Shown: positions 47,167-57,649 of the stretch, piece after piece
Numbering within the stretch: the first letter of the stretch is position 1
How the letters are laid out: every line of letters starts with the position of its first letter
Origin: Candidatus Latescibacterota bacterium
Lineage (GTDB): Bacteria; Latescibacterota; UBA2968
NCBI GenBank assembly: GCA_965198115.1
Contig: OZ240241.1
Coordinates: 768,001 to 832,000 of the forward strand
DNA length: 64,000 nt
Direction of reading: 5' to 3'
The notes under the pieces: model-generated
Told to the model about the DNA's origin: nothing
Databases searched by the model: none
The model's input: only the letters and a program-made list of their open reading frames with translations
Translations under genes and position numbers: made by a program

Positions 47167-48143
47167 TCACCGTGTGCCCTTGTCGACCAGTTTGGCAATG
47201 ACGTCGACGTTGCTCCGATCGATCGCGAGCGGGCCGGTGAGGATGTCCTGGGCGAGGCTGAGTCCGTACTCGAGGTTGAGGTAGAGGAAGACGACGGTCA
47301 GGTACCCTTGCAAGTAGGGTTGCTGGTCGATGGCCTGGATCGTCGTGCCGCTGCGAATGCGCTCGAAGATAGCGGCGCTCGTGTCGTGTGTCGTGTGAAG
47401 GATGTCGTCGCGACCGGTGTCGTCGACGAACAGGTAGTAAGCATCGGCTGGAAGCGGGCCCAGGGTGGCGATGGCGTTAGTCTGCGGGTGGCCCAAGAAG
47501 TAGTCCCCAAGCAGACCGGAGGATTGTTGATGTCGTTCGAAATGGTCAGACCGTCGACGGGTATGCCCGCGGGTTCCAGAATACTTCTGAATCCCGCGAC
47601 ACGCGCTTCGAGGCCGCTGTGGCCGACTTCCTGGATCGGACAGACGGCGCGCCTGATCTCGACGTTTCGACGTTCGGCTTCGGCAAGGATGGCCCTGGCG
47701 TTCGATTGCCCACCGAGGAATTCTCTGGCGCCGACGTAGAACAGCGTGGGCAATGCGTCGGGGCCACCCGAATTGGGGTCGGCGGTGTTCAGGACGACGA
47801 CGGGAACACCCGCTTCGCGCGCTCGTTCGACGCTCTCGCGGATGGCTTCGGGATCGGGGCACGTAATGCCAATCCCGTGGACCTGGCGGGCAAGAGCATC
47901 GTCCAGAAACACGGGCATATCCTCGATCGAGAAGGTCGGGTTGCTCAACCATTGGACTTCGACGCCATAGCGCTCACCTGCGTCCTCCATGCCTTTGATC
48001 ACGACGTTCCAGAACGGGTTGCCAGGCCCCCCGTGCGTCACGAAGGCGAAGCGATAGGGTTCGGCTGTGACCGCGGCGCAGAGATGCAGAATGGCGGCAA
48101 GTGACGTCAGGATGCAGCGGCGGAATCCCAAGATGATCTCCAT
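47167..48143 (-). CDS. Sugar (inositol/ribose-type) ABC substrate-binding protein, frameshift near 47528
   Basis: FVTHGGPGNPFWNVV in the first ORF; AIDQQPYLQGY...ILTGP in the second. Confidence 0.87.
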
Positions 48144-48282
48144 CTGCGGATGGTCAACGATTGCGACGGCAAGATATCCAGAAAGCGACAGGGAGGGAAG
48201 CGGGCGCAGGTGGTGAACCGGGGCATCGCGCCTCGGGTTTTTTTGATTGCCTCACAGAATGCGGCCTGAGGGGTCGCCATAA

Positions 48283-48954
48283 TCATCGTCGACTCAACGT
48301 CTTGAGAAAAGCCATCGTCTGCTTGGGTACCCAATCGGCGTCGCCAGCTGCCTTCGCGTGAGCGAGCAGAAAATCGACTTCCTCGGGGGTGTCGACGTCG
48401 TACCAGGGAGGGATCAGGTCGAGTTTCAGTCCCGCGGTCTGGACACGCTCGACCGTCTGAGCGAACACGTGGTGTGTGCTCCACTCGATGTCTTCGAAGA
48501 TCGATGGATGATCGTCGGTGACGCCGACGAGGTAGTAGCCGCCGTCCGTGCTGGGACCGAGGACGACATCGTGATGATCGAGCGCGTCGAAAGCAGAGGT
48601 GAGATGAGCACTCGGCAATGAAGGGATGTCCGTGCCAATGAGGATGACACGATGGGCACCGGTTTCGAGGCTTTGTCGCAGGGCCGTTGACATGCGGCTA
48701 CCGAGATCGGCGTCGGATTGAGGCACCAGGTTCCAGTCGGGGCCGGCCACCTCGCGAAGCGAGGCTTCGGCGGTCGAGGGTGTATAGCAGAGGATGTGAG
48801 CGCCCGCGTGGATCGTTCGAGCTTTGGTGAGCGTGTCGGAGATGAAAGCGCGGTAGAGTCCTGCGGCTTCGTCCGGGGTGAAGCGTCCGAACAGACGAGT
48901 TTTGACCTGGCCGGGTTGTGGATCCTTCGCGAAGACGATGACGTGAGCGTTCAT
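48283..48954 (-). CDS. TIGR04282/DUF2064 family glycosyltransferase-like protein
   Basis: VFAKDPQPGQVKTRL, DLGSRM, IGTDIP, LGPSTDGGYYLVG, WYDVDT. Confidence 0.92.
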   Translation of the reverse strand: MNAHVIVFAKDPQPGQVKTRLFGRFTPDEAAGLYRAFISDTLTKARTIHAGAHILCYTPSTAEASLREVAGPDWNLVPQSDADLGSRMSTALRQSLETGAHRVILIGTDIPSLPSAHLTSAFDALDHHDVVLGPSTDGGYYLVGVTDDHPSIFEDIEWSTHHVFAQTVERVQTAGLKLDLIPPWYDVDTPEEVDFLLAHAKAAGDADWVPKQTMAFLKTLSRR

Positions 48955-49703
48955 GCCTTCTCGGACAGGACGATCATGTGCTCGCTGTCACACGTGTAGG
49001 GTCCACCGTGAAAGTCACCCCATACGTCGATCGGCCGGAGGCTCGCCGCCTGCAGGAGCATCTCGATTTCGGTGAAGGCGTAGACGCGGATCGAATGCCA
49101 CAGCTGCGTCTCCTTGCCGTCTTCGACGACCGTGACATCGACGTGCGAGCGTCCCGAGATGGGGTCGAAGCTGCGCTCTTCCACGAGGAGCATGCCATCG
49201 GGGTGGTAGACCTGCTGTGGCGCCGAGTGTCGTAGGATGAACTCACGGTTCACCGTTTCGAGGATAAACCGCCCTCCCGTGCGTAGCGTCTTCGCAATGT
49301 TGCACAACACGCCGAAGTTCTGATCTTCGTCCTCGAAGTAGCCGAACGACGAGAAGAGGTTGATGACAGCGTCGAAGGTCCCCTCAGGGAAGGGGAAATC
49401 TCGAACGTCGCTTCGAACGAGTCGCACACCCGGCCTTACTCCCGCCTCCTGGGATCGCTGCCGAGCGGCGGTGAGCATTTGGCTCGAGCGGTCCAGCCCA
49501 TAGACCCGACAGTGGACCGACAGAGGCAGCGCGTGACGTCCGTAGCCACACGCCAGGTCGAGGAGCTTGTTTTCTGAGGAGAGGGTGAGTGTCCTGGCAA
49601 CGAATTCGACTTCGACATCGGTTTCGGGATGGTCGTCGAAGCGGAGATACTCGTGCTGGAAGAAGCGATCGTACCACGGCGTCTGATCGGGTGCGTCGGG
49701 CAC
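48951..49703 (-). CDS. Class I SAM-dependent methyltransferase
   Basis: LLDLACGYGRH, FDAVINLFSSFGYF. Confidence 0.93.
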   Translation of the reverse strand: MPDAPDQTPWYDRFFQHEYLRFDDHPETDVEVEFVARTLTLSSENKLLDLACGYGRHALPLSVHCRVYGLDRSSQMLTAARQRSQEAGVRPGVRLVRSDVRDFPFPEGTFDAVINLFSSFGYFEDEDQNFGVLCNIAKTLRTGGRFILETVNREFILRHSAPQQVYHPDGMLLVEERSFDPISGRSHVDVTVVEDGKETQLWHSIRVYAFTEIEMLLQAASLRPIDVWGDFHGGPYTCDSEHMIVLSEKA

Positions 49704-49709
49704 GGCGTC

Positions 49710-51164
49710 TCAGGTAAGTTTTCGAGCGAGGAGCTGGTTGGCCACCTTGGGGTTGGCCTGCCCTTTGGTGGCTTTCATGATCTGGCCCATGAAGAATCCC
49801 TGGAGTTTCCTGTCACCTTCCTTCAAGCGTGAGAACTCATCCGGGTGGGCCGCGATGATTTCATCGACCGTGGCTTCCAGCGCGCCCTCGTCGCTGATTT
49901 GCACGAGACCCTGACGGTCGACAATCTGAGCAGGATCATCACCTGTTTCGGCCATTTCGGTAAAGACCTTCCGGGCGACGCCCGTGCTGATCGCTCCGTC
50001 GTCGACGAGCGCGATGAGGGTGGCGAGCTGTTCGGGTGACGCCTTGAGCTCGCCGATTGCGATCTTCGCTTCGTTCAGCGTGCGCAGAACATCGCCCTGA
50101 ACCCAGTTGGCAGCCGTGGATGCTTCCGCGCCCGCTCCGACGACGGATTCGAAGTAGTCCGCGGTCGTTCGATCCGCCGTCAGGACTTCGACCTGTTCGT
50201 CGGTCAAGCCGAAATCCGTCGTGAATCGTTCTCGTTTTGCGGCGGGCAGCTCCGGCACCTGGTCTCTTACGCGATCGATCCACGTCTGGTCGACGGCGAT
50301 CGGCACCAAATCGGGATCCGGAAAGTAGCGATAGTCGTCCGATTCTTCTTTGGTGCGCATAGGGCGAACGTCTTCGCGATCTGGGTCGAACAACATCGTT
50401 TGCTGGACGACGTCGTCTCCCGAGCGGACGACGTCGATTTGCTGGCCGATTTCCACTTCGAGGGCGCGCTGGCAGTTCCGAACGGAGTTCATGTTTTTCA
50501 CTTCGACCTTGACGCCGAGTTCCTCGCTTCCGACCGGGCGGATCGAAACGTTCGCGTCAATGCGGACGTGTCCTTTTTCCATGTCGCCTTCGCTGGCGCC
50601 GGTGTAGACGAGGATCTCGCGAAGCCGGTTCACGAACTGCGATGCTTCCTCGGGTGTTCGGATGTCCGGCTCCGAAACGATTTCGATCAACGGAACGCCC
50701 GTTCGGTTGTAATCGACCATCGATTCACCGTGTGGCACGAACGCCTCGTCGTGGATGCTCTTGCCGGCATCTTCTTCCATGTGTATACGCACGAGGCGAA
50801 TGAAGCGCGTGCCCCCGTCGGCCGTGTCGACCTCGATGCCGCCGCCCGTGGCCAGAGGCATTTCGTCGTTGCTCTGATACTGGGAGATCTGGTAGCCCTT
50901 GGGCAGGTCGGGGTAGAAGTAGTTTTTTCGCAAGAATCTGCTTCGGGGCTGGATCGTACACCCGACGGCGAGGCCCATACGCATGGATAGCTCGACTACC
51001 TGCCGGTTGAGGACCGGGAGCGTCCCGGGTAGCCCCAGACACAGCGGGGTGACGTTGGTGTTGGGATCGTCTCCGAACGAAACGCGCGCCCCGCTGAAGA
51101 TTTTAGTCTGCGTGGCGAGTTGGGCGTGTACCTCCAGGCCAATGACGCTTTCGAACGCGCTCAC
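49710..51164 (-). CDS. gatB: Asp-tRNA(Asn)/Glu-tRNA(Gln) amidotransferase subunit B
   Basis: [42 protein letters not shown]. Confidence 0.98.
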   Translation of the reverse strand: MSAFESVIGLEVHAQLATQTKIFSGARVSFGDDPNTNVTPLCLGLPGTLPVLNRQVVELSMRMGLAVGCTIQPRSRFLRKNYFYPDLPKGYQISQYQSNDEMPLATGGGIEVDTADGGTRFIRLVRIHMEEDAGKSIHDEAFVPHGESMVDYNRTGVPLIEIVSEPDIRTPEEASQFVNRLREILVYTGASEGDMEKGHVRIDANVSIRPVGSEELGVKVEVKNMNSVRNCQRALEVEIGQQIDVVRSGDDVVQQTMLFDPDREDVRPMRTKEESDDYRYFPDPDLVPIAVDQTWIDRVRDQVPELPAAKRERFTTDFGLTDEQVEVLTADRTTADYFESVVGAGAEASTAANWVQGDVLRTLNEAKIAIGELKASPEQLATLIALVDDGAISTGVARKVFTEMAETGDDPAQIVDRQGLVQISDEGALEATVDEIIAAHPDEFSRLKEGDRKLQGFFMGQIMKATKGQANPKVANQLLARKLT

Positions 51165-52627
51165 GACGTTTGCTCCACGACGTAAGCGGTCCTGAAAAGT
51201 CGCTGTTCCTCGAAAGCGGGAGCCAGCAGCTGCAGGCCAATGGGGAGCCCGTCGGGGCTGCTGCCACAGGGTACCGAGATGCCGGGTATGCCGGCAAGAT
51301 TGACGGCGACGGTGTAGATGTCGGACAGATACATCTGCAGGGGGTCGTCGACCTTCTCCCCGATGGCGAACGCGGGCGTGGGTGACACGGGTGCAGCGAT
51401 GAGATCGCAGGTTTCGAAGGCCCGTTCGAAGTCGAGTTTGATGAGCGTTCGCACGCGCTGGGCTTTGAGGTAGTAGGCGTCGTAGTAGCCGGCGCTGAGC
51501 GCGTAGGTGCCGAGCATAATGCGACGTTTGACTTCGTCGCCGAACCCATCGCTGCGGGTTCTGCTGTACGTGTCGATGAGATCATCACCTTCGACACGCA
51601 GTCCGTATTTCACGCCGTCGAATCGCGAAAGGTTCGAAGAAGCTTCCCCAGTGGCGATGATGTAGTAGGAGGCGATGACATAATCGGGATGTCCGGCGAC
51701 GGGCAACGACAGCTCGCGTGTCTTCGCGCCAGCTGCCTCGAGCCGGGCGATGCCATCTTCTACGGACTGACGGACATCAGTGTCGAGCCCTTCGGAGAAG
51801 TAGTCGGTGGGGATCCCGATTGTCAGGTTGTCGACACCGGTGTCGAGCGTAGGCGCCGTCGGCTCGAAGGGAAGGTCGGCCGACGTGGAATCGTGACGAT
51901 CGTGTCCGGCGATGACGTCGTAGAGGAGGGCGGTATCGCGAACGTCGCGGCCGAGCGGCCCGATCTGGTCTAGGGAAGAGGCGTAGGCAACGAGTCCGTA
52001 GCGGGAGACGCGACCGTAGGTCGGTTTGAGCCCGACGACGCCGCAGAAAGAGGCGGGCTGACGGATCGATCCACCCGTGTCGGAGCCGAGGGCGAGGACG
52101 GTTTCGCTCGCCGCGACAGCAGCCGCCGAGCCGCCGCTGGATCCGCCCGCCACGCGGTCGGGGTTGTGGGGATTCCGAACGGGACCGTAGGCCGAATTTT
52201 CGCTCGATGACCCCATGGCAAACTCGTCCATGTTGAGCTTGCCCGGTATGACCGCGTCGGCCTGCTTGAGTCGTGCCGTGACGGTTGCGTCGTAAGGCGG
52301 AACGAAGTTGGGCAGGATCCTGGACGCGCACGTCGTGGTCACGCCCTTGGTGCAGATAAGGTCTTTCAGTGCGACGGGAATGCCGGCGAGGGGGCCGACG
52401 TCGTCGCCTTTTGCGACGCGATCGTCGACATCGGCTGCCTGTCGGAGCGCGCCCTCTTCGTCGAGGGTGACGTAGGCGTTGATGTGGGTGTCGCGTTCGG
52501 CGATGGCCGAGAAGAGGTCTTCGCAGACGGTTTGCGCTTTGATCTCGCCGCTGCGAATGAGGGGGATCAGTTCGTGCGCGGGTTGGGTGTTGAGTCCTTC
52601 CGGGGCTCCCACTCGTGTTCCCGTCAC
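51161..52627 (-). CDS. gatA: Asp-tRNA(Asn)/Glu-tRNA(Gln) amidotransferase subunit A
   Basis: [39 protein letters not shown]. Confidence 0.98.
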   Translation of the reverse strand: MTGTRVGAPEGLNTQPAHELIPLIRSGEIKAQTVCEDLFSAIAERDTHINAYVTLDEEGALRQAADVDDRVAKGDDVGPLAGIPVALKDLICTKGVTTTCASRILPNFVPPYDATVTARLKQADAVIPGKLNMDEFAMGSSSENSAYGPVRNPHNPDRVAGGSSGGSAAAVAASETVLALGSDTGGSIRQPASFCGVVGLKPTYGRVSRYGLVAYASSLDQIGPLGRDVRDTALLYDVIAGHDRHDSTSADLPFEPTAPTLDTGVDNLTIGIPTDYFSEGLDTDVRQSVEDGIARLEAAGAKTRELSLPVAGHPDYVIASYYIIATGEASSNLSRFDGVKYGLRVEGDDLIDTYSRTRSDGFGDEVKRRIMLGTYALSAGYYDAYYLKAQRVRTLIKLDFERAFETCDLIAAPVSPTPAFAIGEKVDDPLQMYLSDIYTVAVNLAGIPGISVPCGSSPDGLPIGLQLLAPAFEEQRLFRTAYVVEQTS

Positions 52628-52634
52628 CGGTGGA

Positions 52635-52871
52635 TCAGGACTCGACTTTCTTCTCGGTCGATTCGGTTTGATCGGCCGAGGGTGCCGGAGGCGGTGGTTG
52701 GGATTCGGGGCTCGTTTCGATTTCGTCCTTCACGTCGCGAACCGCCCTTTTGAACTCCGTGATTCCCTTGCCCATTCCTCTGGCGATCTCCGGAATGCGC
52801 TTCGCTCCGAAGACCAACAACACGACCAAGAAGATGAGGAGGATTTCCCAGGTTCCGATGCCCTGTAACAT
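52635..52871 (-). CDS. tatA: Twin-arginine translocase TatA/TatE subunit
   Basis: TM helix + [22 protein letters not shown]. Confidence 0.95.
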   Translation of the reverse strand: MLQGIGTWEILLIFLVVLLVFGAKRIPEIARGMGKGITEFKRAVRDVKDEIETSPESQPPPPAPSADQTESTEKKVES

Positions 52872-52968
52872 GGCGATGATCCTTTCGGCGTGACCTTCGG
52901 CCGCGCGTGTTCCAAACCAGTGTTCAGTCAGTCTTCAGGAAATGCACGTCTCTTGCCTAGTGGAAGAA

Positions 52969-53250
52969 TCAGTATGAATATTTGACGTAATACCACGCGG
53001 TGCCAATGCCCAGCAGACTCAAGACGTTGAAGTTCAAGGAGAACCCCAGGGTGATGGTCATGACGATCAGGTTCAACCGCATAGGGTAAAACTCGTACTG
53101 AACGAGAGGATCGACCAGCACCTTTTGAACAACGTTGTTCTGGAGTCCCAGATTCTCGAACAGGACCCCCAGAACCTCCCCCACGATGTTTCCTGCCAGA
53201 ATCCCGACGAAGATCGCGACGATCAGAAAACCTACGTTGCGTTTACCCAT
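52969..53250 (-). CDS. DUF4321-like small membrane protein
   Basis: GILAGNIVGEVL...LNLIVMTITLGFSLNFNVLSLLGI. Confidence 0.75.
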   Translation of the reverse strand: MGKRNVGFLIVAIFVGILAGNIVGEVLGVLFENLGLQNNVVQKVLVDPLVQYEFYPMRLNLIVMTITLGFSLNFNVLSLLGIGTAWYYVKYSY

Positions 53251-53289
53251 ATGTTGTAGAAAACGCGCTCCGGCTTGGCTGTGTGCGTG

Positions 53290-54027
53290 TCAGCGAATGT
53301 TTGCGACTTCCCGGTCGGTGACGACGTGGACCAGCCACCGGATCGCCCCGGACAGGCAGAAGACGAGTGCGACCGGGAAGAACGCCTCTTCGGTCGCGAT
53401 GACGACCAAGGCGAGCGCGCCGAAAGAGAGCGCGAGTCGGAACCGGTCTCGGGGAGTTTCGAACGTGAACCGGGGGAAGGCGGGGTAATCGAAAGGGCTG
53501 ACCATCAGGAAAGCCAGAAAGGCGCACAACGACAGGGCGACGTGGGGTTCCCGCGTGCTCTCCCATACCTGTTGGCTGAAAACGATGTAGCCGGCGAGCG
53601 TGGCTGCGGCTACTGGAATCGGGAGTCCGATGAAATCGGGTTTCACGGCATCCTCGTCCTCGTCGTGGTGCACGTTGAACCGAGCGAGTCTGAGCGCTCC
53701 GCAGAGAAGGAACACGAACGAGACGAGGAAGGGGAGCCAGCGGATCGTGAGCAGTGGTTCGAAGTAGTGCAGCATCAGGACGGCCGGTGCCACACCGAAC
53801 GAGCAGACGTCCGCGAGTGAGTCGAAATGCAGGCCGAACTGACCGTCGTCGGAGCCGTCGTCGAACAGGCGCGCGATTTTTCCGTCGAAAGCGTCGAGGA
53901 ACCCCGCGACGACGATGAGCCAGGAAGCTGGCACGAGTCGACCCTGGGCGGCGTAGTAGATCGACAGAAACCCGCAGAACAGGTTGCAGATCGTGAAGAG
54001 GCTCGGAACTGCTGCTCGTTTTGTCAT
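53290..54027 (-). CDS. pssA: CDP-diacylglycerol--serine O-phosphatidyltransferase
   Basis: PSLFTICNLFCG, DAFDGKIAR...FGLHFDSLADVCSFGVAP, RLARFN; ATGA overlap with psd. Confidence 0.95.
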   Translation of the reverse strand: MTKRAAVPSLFTICNLFCGFLSIYYAAQGRLVPASWLIVVAGFLDAFDGKIARLFDDGSDDGQFGLHFDSLADVCSFGVAPAVLMLHYFEPLLTIRWLPFLVSFVFLLCGALRLARFNVHHDEDEDAVKPDFIGLPIPVAAATLAGYIVFSQQVWESTREPHVALSLCAFLAFLMVSPFDYPAFPRFTFETPRDRFRLALSFGALALVVIATEEAFFPVALVFCLSGAIRWLVHVVTDREVANIR

Positions 54028-54668
54028 GTTGCGATGACTCCGATAACCGTTTCGCCGCCACGTACCCGATCGTTGATAGCGACCCGAATGTCCGAGCCCG
54101 CCGGAAGGAAGTGGTCGATTCTGGATCCGAACCGGATCAGACCGAATCGCTCGCCCGCCTCGACCTGCTGCTGAGGGGCGAGCGTGCACACGATGCGACG
54201 TGCCACGAATCCGGCAATCTGTTTTACGGCGACCCGACCGGAGGCTCCCTCCAGGGTGATTTCGGTTCGCTCGTTGTCGTCGGACGCCTTGTCGACGAAG
54301 GCGAGTCTGAACTGCCCTGGGATGTGCTGCACGCTTTGGACCGTTCCGGCGCAGGGCGTCCGGTTCACGTGCACGTTGAAGATCGACAGGAAGACGCTGA
54401 CTTTGACGGCTTCGCCAACCCAGGCGTCCTGGACCTGTTCGACAGCGACGACCCGTCCGTCCCCGGAAGCCAGAATGGCGCCTGGGTCTGACGGTGGCAC
54501 GCGATCGGGATCCCTGAAAAAGAAAGCGATAAATCCCGTCAAGACAAGTAGTAACACGCCCAGCCCTTCAGCAAGTGGCGCATTCGACAGCACCGCCCAG
54601 CCGCTCGCGGCCAACGCGGGGATCCCGGTCGACAACAGAAAAGGTCGTGCGTCCCGAGCGATCCGCAT
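54024..54668 (-). CDS. psd: Phosphatidylserine decarboxylase proenzyme
   Basis: FFRDPDR, FLSIFNVHVNR, QIAGFVARRI, IRFGSR. Confidence 0.95.
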   Translation of the reverse strand: MRIARDARPFLLSTGIPALAASGWAVLSNAPLAEGLGVLLLVLTGFIAFFFRDPDRVPPSDPGAILASGDGRVVAVEQVQDAWVGEAVKVSVFLSIFNVHVNRTPCAGTVQSVQHIPGQFRLAFVDKASDDNERTEITLEGASGRVAVKQIAGFVARRIVCTLAPQQQVEAGERFGLIRFGSRIDHFLPAGSDIRVAINDRVRGGETVIGVIAT

Positions 54669-54670
54669 CG

Positions 54671-55786
54671 TCAGCTGTTAGGGTCGCGTTCGAGGACGAG
54701 CCTGGCGTTGAACACCACGCGACCCCGGAGAACGCGGAGCCCGTAAACCGCGCCCACACGTCCTTCGCGGAAGACCTCGACGACCTCGTCGGCGCTGTTG
54801 ACGATGGCCTGGTTGACCATGACGATGACGTCTCCGGGCACCAGGCCGGCTTTCTGTGCTGGGCTGGCTTCCTCGACGGAGGTGATGAGCGCGCCGGCGG
54901 AGGTGGCCAAGCGCATGGCGCGGGCGATGCGTCGGTTGTTGTTGTGGATGACGAGGCCGGTCCAGAAATCGGGGCTCCCACCCTCGATCAGCCGGGTCGC
55001 GACCTCTAGAGCCCGCTCGATCGGAATGGCGAACCCGATGCCGAGCGAACCGCCACTCTGAGAGAAGATGAAGGTGTTGACGCCGATCACCTGACCGAGG
55101 CTGTTGACGAGGGGGCCTCCGCTGTTGCCCGGGTTGATGGAGGCGTCCGTCTGGATCATGCCCTGGTAGATGCGGCCGTCTTCTTCGGGCCGAAAGTTGC
55201 GGTCGACCGCGCTGATCACACCTACGGTGACGGTAGGCTTGGGGTCTCGAATCGTCAAGCCGAAAGGATTTCCGATGGCGATGGCCCACTCCCCGATGAT
55301 GGCATCTTCCGAGCTGCCCAGCGGTGGAACATCGAGCTCCGTAGCGTCGACGCGGACGACGGCCAGGTCGTGCTGGCGATCCATGAGCACGTTGCCTGCC
55401 GTATCTGTCACTTCGAACTTTCGCCCGTCGGGAAAGGTGACGGAAATCTCACGGGCATTCTCCACAACGTGGCTGTTCGTGAGGATGTATCCATCTTCAC
55501 GGATGATGAAGCCCGAACCGACACTCGGTATACGTTCCCGGATGATGGCTGGGCCGCCGAAGAACGCGTCCCCCCAGAAAGGATCCCGGTAGCGGGGATA
55601 CTCCTTGTAACGGTGTGTGTTGATGCTGACGACGGCGCCCGAGGCCTTTCCGACGGCCCTTACGATCGCGTTGCGTCGCGTCGTGGCGATCTCGTCCTGG
55701 ACGAACACTTGAGCTGTCGCCGGCAGATTCGACGTCAAAGCCACCAGGCCGATCACGGTCACGGCGATGGGCGTCCATCGAGCCAC
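54671..55786 (-). CDS. HtrA/DegP-like serine protease with one PDZ domain
   Basis: GSGFI...TNSHVV, DLAV, IQTDASINPGNSGGPL; GTG 55786 precedes the signal peptide. Confidence 0.92.
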   Translation of the reverse strand: MARWTPIAVTVIGLVALTSNLPATAQVFVQDEIATTRRNAIVRAVGKASGAVVSINTHRYKEYPRYRDPFWGDAFFGGPAIIRERIPSVGSGFIIREDGYILTNSHVVENAREISVTFPDGRKFEVTDTAGNVLMDRQHDLAVVRVDATELDVPPLGSSEDAIIGEWAIAIGNPFGLTIRDPKPTVTVGVISAVDRNFRPEEDGRIYQGMIQTDASINPGNSGGPLVNSLGQVIGVNTFIFSQSGGSLGIGFAIPIERALEVATRLIEGGSPDFWTGLVIHNNNRRIARAMRLATSAGALITSVEEASPAQKAGLVPGDVIVMVNQAIVNSADEVVEVFREGRVGAVYGLRVLRGRVVFNARLVLERDPNS

Positions 55787-55788
55787 AG

Positions 55789-56526
55789 TCAGACCTCGTA
55801 GTCCACTCGCTTCAGAAAGAGGCCCATCGGCGGAGCCGTAGAACTCGCCTCCCGACGGTCTTTCGCCTCCAGAATTTTCACTACCCTCTGTTCGTCGAGG
55901 GTCCCTCGTCCCACGTCGACCAGCGTGCCCACGATGCTCCTGACCATCGATCGGACGAAGCGATTCGCCTCTATGTCGAAGACCAGCGTGTCGGAGTCGG
56001 GTGTTCGCCAGGAACAGCGCGTGACATCGCACACGCGGGATTCCCGCTCCTCGGCCGCGACACAGAACGACGTAAAGTCGTGGCTACCTACCAGACGTCG
56101 CGCTGCCCGGTTCATGTGGTCGACGTCGAGGTGCGCCTTGACCCACCACGCGTAGGGTCGTCCGATGGCTCTGCGGCGTCTGGTGATCCGATATTCGTAG
56201 GCCCGGCATCGTGCGTCGTAGCGGGCGTGAAACGCATCGGACACCCTGTCGGCCGAGAGCACGCAGACGTCGCTTGGGAGCACGCCGTTGAGCGATCGGG
56301 CGATCTCGTTGGGCGTTCGGTCGCCGTCGTAGGGAAAGTTGACGACCTGGTCGAGCGCGTGAACGCCCGTGTCGGTCCTGCCCGCGGCCTGCACGCGAAT
56401 CGAGCTACCCGTAATCTGCGCGATGGCGGACTCGAGGGTGCCCTGAACCGTGCGTTCGTCGGGCTGGATCTGCCAGCCGCTGAATTCCGTTCCGTCGTAC
56501 TCGAGTCGCAGCCGGATGTTTCCCAT
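55789..56526 (-). CDS. truA: tRNA pseudouridine(38-40) synthase
   Basis: YDGTEFSGWQ, AGRTDTGVHA, HDFTSF, MVRSIVGTL. Confidence 0.97.
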   Translation of the reverse strand: MGNIRLRLEYDGTEFSGWQIQPDERTVQGTLESAIAQITGSSIRVQAAGRTDTGVHALDQVVNFPYDGDRTPNEIARSLNGVLPSDVCVLSADRVSDAFHARYDARCRAYEYRITRRRRAIGRPYAWWVKAHLDVDHMNRAARRLVGSHDFTSFCVAAEERESRVCDVTRCSWRTPDSDTLVFDIEANRFVRSMVRSIVGTLVDVGRGTLDEQRVVKILEAKDRREASSTAPPMGLFLKRVDYEV

Positions 56527-57326
56527 CAGGTCAGCAGAAGACCCGTACCGCCGATGACGCCGGTAGCGGTGAAGGCCACGTCGGCGGCGCCCATTTTCAA
56601 CTCACGATACCGGGTTCTGCCTGATCCTCCAGCATAACCGCGCGCCTCCATGGCGACGGCGAGTCGGTCGGCCCTGGCGTAGGCCGACACGAACAGGGGG
56701 ACCAGAAGGGGGATCAGCCTCCGCGCTCGATTGAGGATCGACCCCCCGAAATCCGCGCCTCGTGCGCGCTGAGCGTTGTAGATGCGTCCGGCTTCGTCGG
56801 CGAGGAAAGGGATGAAACGGAGCGCGATCGTCGCTGTCAACGCGAGTTCGTGAACGGGAATCCTGAACCGCTCGAACGGACGCAGCAGGCCTTCGAGTCC
56901 GTCGGCGAGGGAAAGGGGGGAGGTCGTGAGGGTCAAGAGGGATGTACCAAGGACGAGTACAGAGAGTCTGAGGCAGAGGAAGATGCCCCGCTCGACCCCC
57001 TCGGCGGTGAACGGGATCTCGGCGGCCGGGACCGAAAGCGGACGACCATCGACGAGCCAGGCGTTGAAAATCAGCGTGAGAAACAAGACGGGTGCCAAGG
57101 GTTTGAAATTGCCGAGGACGAGACTCAGAGGAAGCCGGCTCGCCCGGCCGATTGCCAGAAAGAGACAAAGTGCGGTGAGGAGCCACCCACTGCCTGCTGT
57201 GAGGGTCAGGGCGATCAGCCAGAGCGTGAAGGCGAGGATCTTCGCGCGGGGGTCCAGACGATGCATGGCCGATTCCCCCGGCACGAATCGACCCAGCGTG
57301 ATGGACTTTGAGAGAGGCAGGCTCAC
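56526..57326 (-). CDS. ecfT: Energy-coupling factor transporter transmembrane component T
   Basis: HRLDPRAK, IALRFIP, AQRARG, AMEARGY; start uncertain (GTG 57326 or 57416). Confidence 0.9.
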   Translation of the reverse strand: MSLPLSKSITLGRFVPGESAMHRLDPRAKILAFTLWLIALTLTAGSGWLLTALCLFLAIGRASRLPLSLVLGNFKPLAPVLFLTLIFNAWLVDGRPLSVPAAEIPFTAEGVERGIFLCLRLSVLVLGTSLLTLTTSPLSLADGLEGLLRPFERFRIPVHELALTATIALRFIPFLADEAGRIYNAQRARGADFGGSILNRARRLIPLLVPLFVSAYARADRLAVAMEARGYAGGSGRTRYRELKMGAADVAFTATGVIGGTGLLLT

Positions 57327-57475
57327 GGGTGCGGACCTGGTCGTAACCAGGGTGTCTGTCGTAGGGTTGCCGTGTTCGGTGTCGCGAAGGCCCCTCGTGA
57401 GGCGTTTCCGAGGCACAAATTACTGCCGTAACACGGTATAAATGCTTGAATTACGTTGCTGGGGCAGTGCGCGAT

Positions 57476-57504
57476 AATATACCCACGGTCGAAGGTCCAG
57501 TCAA
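57476..57504 (-). promoter_or_regulatory. Putative sigma-70 promoter of the ecfT-truA-...-gatB operon
   Basis: TTGACT-N17-TATATT in an AT-rich divergent intergenic region. Confidence 0.65.
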
Positions 57505-57649
57505 CGACTTATTCCAAGTGCAACCATATGTGAAACAATTGGTTATGTGAAGGCGCGGAGTGAAAGCCATTTTCAGTCCGATCGCCCGGTGGGAGGCCTG
57601 AGAGCGGCGTTTCGGCCCGGCGCGACCCTTGCACGGTCCCGGGAGACCG

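Noticed and set aside
48216-48245. Plus-strand hairpin + U tract between two minus-strand genes as evidence for a hidden antisense gene
   Set aside because: No plus-strand promoter or credible ORF was found. It may simply act as a stem for the minus-strand operon end.
48283-49703. Arsenosugar biosynthesis cluster
   Set aside because: Only the TIGR04282-like gene and a generic methyltransferase are present. There is no ArsS radical SAM, no ArsM cysteine motifs and no ars genes.
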